Shown here piece by piece: positions 25,881 to 32,000 of a stretch of 32,000 bases of DNA. The position numbers were made by a program, and so were the translations under genes. This DNA is from Patescibacteria group bacterium (GTDB lineage Bacteria > Patescibacteriota > Patescibacteriia > UBA2591 > UBA6264). The notes under the pieces were generated by a model. It did not search any database. It worked only from the letters and a program-made list of their open reading frames with translations, and had not been told where the DNA came from. The stretch covers positions 30,001 to 62,000 of the forward strand of contig JAQTOB010000003.1 in the NCBI GenBank assembly GCA_028713575.1. Reading direction: 5' to 3'. How positions within the stretch are numbered: position 1 is the stretch's first letter; the number at the start of each line of letters is the position of its first letter.

Positions 25881-26513
25881 ATGGAAAATTTAAACCAAAA
25901 ACTTATCAATTTGGGTTATTTAAAAAGCCCTCAAATTATTCATGCTTTTGAAAAAATAAAGAGACGAGATTTTGTTATTCAGGAATTATTTTATCAAGCA
26001 GAAGAAAATGTTCCTTTGTCTATCGGACACGGGCAAACGATTTCTCAGCCACTAACGGTCGCTTTTATGTTAGAACTTTTAGACCCGCAGCCGGGACAAA
26101 AAATTTTAGACATTGGGTCCGGTTCTGGTTGGACAGCCGCCCTTTTGGCGGAGATAGTTGGGGAAAAAGGAAAGATTTTTGCCATTGAAAGAATTGAAGT
26201 GTTAAAAATTTTTGGAGAAAAAAATGTTGATAAATATGGCTTTGTTAAATCAAAAAGAGTTGTTTTTAAAACGGGAAACGGGATTAAGGGCTTAATTAAA
26301 GAATCGCCATTTGATCGGATTCATGTTGGCGCGGCCGCCAATAAAATTCCCGAAGATTTGTTAAAACAATTAGCAATTGGGGGCAAAATGGTGATTCCTC
26401 AGGGAATTAATTTTCAAGATATAGTTTTAATAGAAAAAAGAGGAAAAAACCAATATCAGCAGAAAAATTATCCCGGTTTTGCTTTTGTTCCGTTGATTGA
26501 AGAAAAAAAATAA
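25881..26513 (+). CDS. pcm: protein-L-isoaspartate O-methyltransferase
   Basis: GQTISQPLTVAFMLELL, SAM motif ILDIGSGSGWTAALLAEIVG, and FDRIHVGAAA..IPE.L..QL..GG.MVIP. Confidence 0.9.
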   Translation: MENLNQKLINLGYLKSPQIIHAFEKIKRRDFVIQELFYQAEENVPLSIGHGQTISQPLTVAFMLELLDPQPGQKILDIGSGSGWTAALLAEIVGEKGKIFAIERIEVLKIFGEKNVDKYGFVKSKRVVFKTGNGIKGLIKESPFDRIHVGAAANKIPEDLLKQLAIGGKMVIPQGINFQDIVLIEKRGKNQYQQKNYPGFAFVPLIEEKK

Positions 26514-26518
26514 TTACA

Positions 26519-28747
26519 ATGTTTGCCAAAAAAAATAAAAATTTAATTTTTATTTGTTTATTAGTATTCCAAATAATAAACCCTTTTAATTTTATAGAAA
26601 AAACAAAAGCCCTTGAACGGGATTCAGGGTCTGTCCCCGGCGAACTTTTAATAAAATTAAAAGGAAATTCTAAAATTTATAAAGTAAAAATCACAGACAA
26701 TTTAATGGAAAGACAAAGGGTTGTTTTGGATATGCCGGAAGTGGAATGGGCGGAGCCCAATTATTTGTTTAAAATGAGTTATTTGCCCAATGATTTGTAT
26801 TATCATGAACAATGGTATTTTAATAAAATAAAAACTCCGCAAGCTTGGGACCTAATAAAGGGCGGAGACGGCGATATTATAATTGCTGTTTTAGACACAG
26901 GGGTGGACATTGACCATCCGGACATTAAAAAGAATGTATGGATCAATCAAAATGAGGTTTCCAATGACGGAAAAGACAATGATAACAACGGTTATATAGA
27001 CGACTTAAATGGCTGGGATTTTATTAGAAATAATCCTAATCCCCGGCCAAAATTTGATGAATTATATACTGAAGGAGGAATCCATCACGGAACCTTGGTA
27101 GCCGGGATTGCTGCTGCCAGTGGAGACAATAACGAGGGGGTTTTAGGAATTGCCTGGCAGAGTAAAATAATGCCCTTAAGAGTGTTAAACAGCGAGGGGG
27201 TTGGCAGTGTAGACCACGTTATTCAAGCAATTAATTATGCGGTCAACAACGGAGCTAATGTTATAAATTTAAGTTTTGTTGGAACGAGTAAAAGTTATTT
27301 TTTGGCCGAAGCGCTAAAGTCCGCTTGGCACAAGGGTTTGATTATCGTTGCCGCGGCTGGGAATGAAACAACCGATCAACCGGTTAATTTAAATCAAAGT
27401 CCGAATTATCCGATTTGTCTTGATGAAAAAGATGAAAATTTTATTATTGGCGTGGCGGCCGTGGATAATACTGATCGCAAGGCCCTTTTTTCCGATTATG
27501 GATCAAATTGCGTTGACATTTCTGCTCCGGGCACGAGAATTTATGGCCTTTTGTCTTACAATCAAAATTATGATGGCTTTAAAGAATATTACGGCGGTTA
27601 TTGGTCTGGCACCTCACTTGCCGCTCCCATGGTTTCTGGTTTGGCCGCTTTAGTTTGGTCTGTTAATCCCCTTTTTAGCAATAAACAGGTCCAAAATTTT
27701 ATTTTATCAAAAGCAGATGGGATTAATTTAATCAATCCTAATTATAAAAATCAGTTAGGGACGGGGAGAATAAATGCTTATCAGGCGGTAGAATATGCTT
27801 ATAATCAACTAAGCGGATTGCCGCAATCTCATTATATTGTTACCGGCGCGGGCGCCAGCGGCGGACCTCATATTAGGGCTTTTGACTCTTCGGGTTTATT
27901 GATTAGTAATTTTTTCGCTTTTCATGAAAGTTTTAGGGGCGGTGTAAATGTGGCGGCCGGAGATGTTGATGGCGACGGCCGGGACGAAATTATTGCCGGC
28001 GCGGGCGCCAGCGGCGGACCCCATATCAGAGTTTTTGATTTATATGGACAACCGAAAGGAGGATTTTTCGCTTTTCATGAAAGTTTTAGGGGCGGTGTAA
28101 ATGTGGCGGCCGGAGATGTTGATGGCGACGGCCGGGACGAGATTATTACTGGAATAGGGAAAGGAGGGCTTCCTCAGGTTAAAATTTTTGATTTAACGGG
28201 TAATTTAAAAAAAGAAATAATGGCCTTTCATGAAAGTTTTAGGGGCGGTGTAAATGTGGCGGCCGGAGATGTTGATGGCGACGGTCGGGACGAGATTATT
28301 GCCGGCGCGGGCGCCAGTGGCGGACCCCATATCAGAGTTTTTGATAAAGACGGCAATTTAAAATTTCATTTTTTTGCCTTTCATGAAAGTTTTAGGGGCG
28401 GTGTAAATGTGGCGGCCGGAGATGTTGATGGCGATATGAGAGATGAAATTATTGTTAGCGTTGCTTCCGGCGCTTCGTCTTATGTTAGAATTTTTAGCCC
28501 AGAACTTCTTTTACTAAGATATCAATTTTTGGCCCATTCAAAGGATTTTTATAACGGGGTCAGAATTGCAACCGCTGACTTTGACAATAATCAACAAGCG
28601 GAGATTATCACTTCTTCCGGTCCGATTATAGAACCGCAAGTGCAAGTTTTTGATTCATTGGGCGGACAATTGTCACAATTTTACGCCTATAATCGTTATT
28701 TTAGAGGCGGCGTAAATGTGGCAACAATAAGAACTCAAGGATATTAA
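26519..28747 (+). CDS. secreted S8 subtilisin-family serine protease fused to a C-terminal FG-GAP/VCBS-type repeat (beta-propeller-like) domain
   Basis: N-terminal signal-like segment. Catalytic D (AVLDTGVDIDHPD), H (HHGTLVAGIAAA) and S (WSGTSLAAPMVSGLAAL). These are followed by about seven 51-aa repeats of type FAFHESFRGGVNVAAGDVDGDGRDEII.G.G.GGGPHIRVFD. Confidence 0.85.
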   Translation: MFAKKNKNLIFICLLVFQIINPFNFIEKTKALERDSGSVPGELLIKLKGNSKIYKVKITDNLMERQRVVLDMPEVEWAEPNYLFKMSYLPNDLYYHEQWYFNKIKTPQAWDLIKGGDGDIIIAVLDTGVDIDHPDIKKNVWINQNEVSNDGKDNDNNGYIDDLNGWDFIRNNPNPRPKFDELYTEGGIHHGTLVAGIAAASGDNNEGVLGIAWQSKIMPLRVLNSEGVGSVDHVIQAINYAVNNGANVINLSFVGTSKSYFLAEALKSAWHKGLIIVAAAGNETTDQPVNLNQSPNYPICLDEKDENFIIGVAAVDNTDRKALFSDYGSNCVDISAPGTRIYGLLSYNQNYDGFKEYYGGYWSGTSLAAPMVSGLAALVWSVNPLFSNKQVQNFILSKADGINLINPNYKNQLGTGRINAYQAVEYAYNQLSGLPQSHYIVTGAGASGGPHIRAFDSSGLLISNFFAFHESFRGGVNVAAGDVDGDGRDEIIAGAGASGGPHIRVFDLYGQPKGGFFAFHESFRGGVNVAAGDVDGDGRDEIITGIGKGGLPQVKIFDLTGNLKKEIMAFHESFRGGVNVAAGDVDGDGRDEIIAGAGASGGPHIRVFDKDGNLKFHFFAFHESFRGGVNVAAGDVDGDMRDEIIVSVASGASSYVRIFSPELLLLRYQFLAHSKDFYNGVRIATADFDNNQQAEIITSSGPIIEPQVQVFDSLGGQLSQFYAYNRYFRGGVNVATIRTQGY
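27841..28440 (+). repeat. 153-bp-period intragenic tandem repeats with near-identical DNA cores
   Basis: The roughly 60-nt core ttcatgaaagttttaggggcggtgtaaatgtggcggccggagatgttgatggcgac recurs starting at 27921, 28074, 28227 and 28380 (spacing exactly 153 nt) with almost no substitutions. Confidence 0.9.
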
Positions 28748-28769
28748 TATATAAATAAAAAATTATAAA

Positions 28770-29711
28770 ATGAATAGCTCAAAACAAATTTCGGAAATTA
28801 GAAAAGATTATTTTTTAAATAGATATGTAATTATCACGCCGACAAGAAGCAAACGTCCAAGAGAGACTAAAATAATTCCCGCTTTTGAAAACAAAAAAAT
28901 AAAAGATTGCCCCCTCTGTCCCGGACAAATAAAAAAAAATCTTATAATTAAAAGTTATCCTTCTTTTAAAAAACAACCCTGGTCAGTGATGGTTATAAAA
29001 AATAAATATCCAATCGTTTCTTTAACAAATCAAAAATCATATGGTCAACATGAAGTGGTTATAGAAACACCTGACCACAGCAAAGAACTTTCCCGTCTTA
29101 GTTTGAAAGAAATAATAAACCTTTTGAATGTATATCAAGATAGGACAAAAGAATTAAGTAAAATTAAAAAAATCAACTATATTTTAATTTTTAAAAACTA
29201 TGGAGGAAAAGCCGGAGCGTCTTTAACTCACGCTCATTCCCAAATTTTTTGTTCAGAAGTTTTGCCGCCTGATTTAAGGGAAGAGTTTCAATTCATGCGT
29301 CAATATCAAAAGAAACACAAAACTTGCCCCTATTGTGATATTATTAGAAAAGAGGAAAAGGGCCCGCGAAAAATTTACAGCAACAAAGAAATGATTGCTA
29401 TTGCTCCTTATTCTTCGGCTTATCATTATGAAACATGGATTTTCCCTCGCCGACATTTAGACAATATTGTTGATTTGAATAAAAAAGAAATAATTTCTTT
29501 AGCCATTTTTTTGAAAAAAATATTGACTAAATTGTTTAAAATAAATATTCCATATAATTTTTTTCTTCACCAGGTTATTTCTGAAAAAAATCAACATTTT
29601 TATTTAAAAATTCAACCCCGTGAATCAATTTGGGGAGGATTGGAATTGGGGTCAGGCCTGGTGGTCAATTCTTTGTCTCCAGAGAAGGCGGCAAGCTTTT
29701 TAAGAAAATAA
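28770..29711 (+). CDS. galactose-1-phosphate uridylyltransferase-like (GalT/HIT-superfamily nucleotidyltransferase)
   Basis: Zinc-knuckle CPLCPG, FKNYGGKAGASLTHAHSQIF (H-x-H-x-Q active site of the GalT branch), and a second half-domain with CPYCD. The exact substrate is not inferable. Confidence 0.7.
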   Translation: MNSSKQISEIRKDYFLNRYVIITPTRSKRPRETKIIPAFENKKIKDCPLCPGQIKKNLIIKSYPSFKKQPWSVMVIKNKYPIVSLTNQKSYGQHEVVIETPDHSKELSRLSLKEIINLLNVYQDRTKELSKIKKINYILIFKNYGGKAGASLTHAHSQIFCSEVLPPDLREEFQFMRQYQKKHKTCPYCDIIRKEEKGPRKIYSNKEMIAIAPYSSAYHYETWIFPRRHLDNIVDLNKKEIISLAIFLKKILTKLFKINIPYNFFLHQVISEKNQHFYLKIQPRESIWGGLELGSGLVVNSLSPEKAASFLRK

Positions 29712-29721
29712 TTTATTAATT

Positions 29722-30225
29722 ATGGCAAATAAATTTTGGTCAAAAATAACGGGTCTAAAAAACGACATTTTGGAAAAAGACGGAGAAGAGGTGATGGTTT
29801 TTTATCAAGAAAAAAAGAAAAAACAATCTTTTAAAAAAGAGTTTCCTAAACAAAAAAGGGAGGAAAAAATGTTTCAAGAAGAGTGGTTGCCTGATTCGGC
29901 CCAGGGACAATTAGTGATTGATCTTTATGAAAGGACGGACGTCTTGGTGATTAAATCGGCCATTGCCGGAGCAAAAACTAAGGATATTGATATTACGGTT
30001 GAACCAGATTTAGTGGTGGTCAAGGGGGAAAAGTTGAAAGACGAGGATAGTGGGGCGGGAAAATATTATTATCAAGAATGTTTTTGGGGAAAATTTTCCC
30101 GGACAATTATTCTTCCCTGTCCGATAAAACCAGAACAAGTAAGGGCTAATTTCAAAAATGGAATTTTAACAATTATTTTGCCTAAAGCAGAAGAAAGGGA
30201 GAAGAGAGTGGAAATCAAAGAATAA
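29722..30225 (+). CDS. Hsp20/alpha-crystallin-family small heat-shock protein
   Basis: Alpha-crystallin domain: QLVIDLYERTDVLVIKSAIAGAKTKDIDITVEPDLVVVKGEK...FSRTIILPCPIKPEQVRANFKNGILTIILPK. Confidence 0.85.
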   Translation: MANKFWSKITGLKNDILEKDGEEVMVFYQEKKKKQSFKKEFPKQKREEKMFQEEWLPDSAQGQLVIDLYERTDVLVIKSAIAGAKTKDIDITVEPDLVVVKGEKLKDEDSGAGKYYYQECFWGKFSRTIILPCPIKPEQVRANFKNGILTIILPKAEEREKRVEIKE

Positions 30226-30235
30226 ATTCTAAAAG

Positions 30236-32000
30236 ATGAGGAAAAAGAAAACCCTAAAATATAGGTTTAGAATAATCATTTATTTAACAATAATTATTTT
30301 TTTGACGTATTATTTTGTTTTTCAAAAATTTTATGAATCAAAAGTTTTCCCCAGGACATATTGCGCTCAGGCCATAAAATTAAGCGGGATGAATTTTGAA
30401 GAAACAGAATTTTTAATAAAATCATTAACTGAAAGAATGGAAAAACAGGGATTTTCTTTCTCCGTTGAAACGGAATTGGGAGCAAAAAAAACCGTTATCA
30501 AACCGCAATTAATAAGTTTAACTGACCCAGATTTAAGTCGCCAATTAATTCAATTTAACATCCAAGAAACATTAGATAAAATATTTGAGCCAAATCATCA
30601 AAGGGTCAAAAAAATAATCAATCCCTTTTTAAGCTTGGTCAGAAGCCGTCATGTAGATTTGGTTTTTAAAATGAATGAAGAGGAAATAAAAAGGATATTA
30701 GAAAATGAATTTAATGAATTTCAACATCCGGCTAAAAACGCTTTTTTCGTTGTTGAGTCGGGGATAATAAATTTAAAAGATGAACAGCCGGGATTTATTT
30801 TTGATTATCAAGAGGCAATTGGGGAATTAAAGAATAATTTGAAAAATTTTGAGAATCAAGAAATAAAAATAACAGTTATTCAAAAAGAGCCGGAAATAAA
30901 AGTTAAAGACGTGAATAAAGCATTTTTTCTGGCTCAAGAAATTTTTAATTCAGCTCCTTATTATTTGTTTTATCAGGGGAAAAAATGGACAATTTTACAA
31001 GCAATAATTGGCGATTGGTTAAAGTTGGATGTTAATGAAATTGACGACACAATAGGGGTTGATTTTGATCAAGAAAAAATAATAAATTTTTTTCAACCAA
31101 TCGCCGAGGAAATCAACATCACACCCATTAATCAAAAGCTGGAAATAAAAGACGGGAAAGTGACGGAATTTCAGGTGGGTCGGTCAGGGTATGTTCTTAA
31201 TCCAGTGGTTAATGCGGAAAAGATTACCCGGGAAATATTGGACGGAAAAAAGGAAATTAGTTTGCAAGTTGATGAAATAGGGCCGACGCCCTTATCAGAT
31301 GATATTAACACCCTGGGGATTAAAGAATTGGTCGGCGAAGGAAGTTCTAATTTTGCCGGTAGCCCCAAAAATCGCCGAATTAACATTAAATTAGGAGCGG
31401 AAAAATTACATGGATTATTAATTAAGCCGGACCAAGAATTTTCTTTAATTGAAGCAATCGGTCCAGTAGACGAGGCGTCCGGGTTTTTGCCGGAATTGGT
31501 CATTAAGGGCGATCGAACCGTTGCCGAATATGGCGGTGGATTATGTCAGATAGGAACAACTATGTTTCGTTTGGCCATTAATGCCGGACTCCCAATTACT
31601 GAAAGGTCTCCGCATTCTTATCGGGTTGTTTATTATGAACCGGCCGGCATGGACGCTACCATTTATAATCCTCATCCTGATTTACGATTTATAAACGATA
31701 CGGGCCATTATTTGCTTTTACAAACAGAAATAAAAGGAGATGACTTAATTTTTAAATTTTTTGGCACATCTGATAACCGACAAGTTGAAACAACTAAACC
31801 GATAATTTCTAACATTACTTCTCCCGGTCCAGCTCAATATATTGAAACCACGGAATTATTACCCGGGGAAAAAAGGAGAATAGAGTCGTCTCATTTTGGA
31901 GCTGACGCAGAATTTAAAAATATTATTACTTTTCCCAACGGGATTGTTCGGGAAGAAAACTGGAAAAGCCGTTATCGCCCTTGGCCCGAAGTTTGGTTGG
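30236..32000 (+). CDS. VanW-domain protein (YoaR-like), partial: runs off the right edge
   Basis: Not in the ORF track because it has no stop in the window. ATG 30236 gives MRKKKTLKYRFRIIIYLTIIIFLTYYF (TM) and later NRRINIKLGAEKLHGLLIKPDQEFSLIEAIGP...GFLPELVI......EYGGGLCQIGTTMFRLAINAGLPITERSPHSYRVVYYEPAGMDATIY, the VanW core signature. Track ORFs 30294..30485(-) and 31171..31503(-) are antisense to it. Confidence 0.8.
   Translation, partial: MRKKKTLKYRFRIIIYLTIIIFLTYYFVFQKFYESKVFPRTYCAQAIKLSGMNFEETEFLIKSLTERMEKQGFSFSVETELGAKKTVIKPQLISLTDPDLSRQLIQFNIQETLDKIFEPNHQRVKKIINPFLSLVRSRHVDLVFKMNEEEIKRILENEFNEFQHPAKNAFFVVESGIINLKDEQPGFIFDYQEAIGELKNNLKNFENQEIKITVIQKEPEIKVKDVNKAFFLAQEIFNSAPYYLFYQGKKWTILQAIIGDWLKLDVNEIDDTIGVDFDQEKIINFFQPIAEEINITPINQKLEIKDGKVTEFQVGRSGYVLNPVVNAEKITREILDGKKEISLQVDEIGPTPLSDDINTLGIKELVGEGSSNFAGSPKNRRINIKLGAEKLHGLLIKPDQEFSLIEAIGPVDEASGFLPELVIKGDRTVAEYGGGLCQIGTTMFRLAINAGLPITERSPHSYRVVYYEPAGMDATIYNPHPDLRFINDTGHYLLLQTEIKGDDLIFKFFGTSDNRQVETTKPIISNITSPGPAQYIETTELLPGEKRRIESSHFGADAEFKNIITFPNGIVREENWKSRYRPWPEVWL

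Noticed and set aside
1509-31503. Many 60-125-aa track ORFs embedded antisense or out of frame in long, motif-supported genes. Examples: 1509-1775(-), 3452-3724(+), 4336-4575(-), 4633-4836(-), 9016-9261(-), 10570-10830(+), 11548-11796(+), 11582-11848(+), 12013-12228(+), 12979-13161(+), 15515-15742(-), 18188-18400(-), 18868-19080(-), 19111-19401(-), 21347-21529(-), 21663-21884(-), 22330-22644(-), 22645-22851(+), 22774-23145(-), 23336-23557(-), 25234-25464(-), 27420-27653(+), 29274-29456(-), 30294-30485(-), 31171-31503(-).
   Set aside because: Each overlaps a longer ORF with clear family motifs on the other strand or frame. Their compositions (Ser/Pro/Phe/Ile-rich, low complexity) are typical of shadow ORFs in AT-rich DNA.

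Overview
This is a low-GC, tightly packed bacterial window with short intergenic regions and several ATGA start/stop overlaps. The gene content and style suggest a reduced-genome Patescibacteria/CPR-type organism, but that assignment is inference only. Most of the window is housekeeping: mltG (partial), trxB, lspA, a DksA/TraR zinc-finger protein, an S1-domain protein, ftsH, dnaN, HU, an M23 peptidase, pilT, efp, rpsF-ssb-rpsR, a methyltransferase, bactofilin, glgA, gyrA, pcm, a secreted subtilase, a GalT-like enzyme, Hsp20 and a VanW-domain protein (partial). I folded four canonical tRNAs by hand, all on the minus strand: Lys-CUU, Arg-UCG, Ala-CGC and Arg-CCU. The most unusual region is about 16.1-17.7 kb. 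It holds a free-standing single-motif LAGLIDADG homing endonuclease and a perfect 248-bp tandem duplication whose units each end in a terminator-like hairpin. It also holds an intact tRNA-Ala(CGC) gene nested inside the anticodon loop of a second, interrupted tRNA-Ala-like gene. The two halves of that outer gene still pair perfectly (G3:U70, T arm, encoded CCA), and the interruption is closed by a 16-nt inverted repeat. A related relic, a 5' tRNA-Lys pseudo-copy stuffed with GC-rich palindromes, lies just upstream of tRNA-Lys. A glycosyltransferase gene is broken and has its first ~25 nt duplicated 112 bp upstream. gyrA carries a 459-aa LAGLIDADG intein immediately after the catalytic Tyr. No CRISPR array, transposase, integrase or recognisable defence operon was seen. 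All calls come from reading the sequence and recalling protein motifs; no searches were run.
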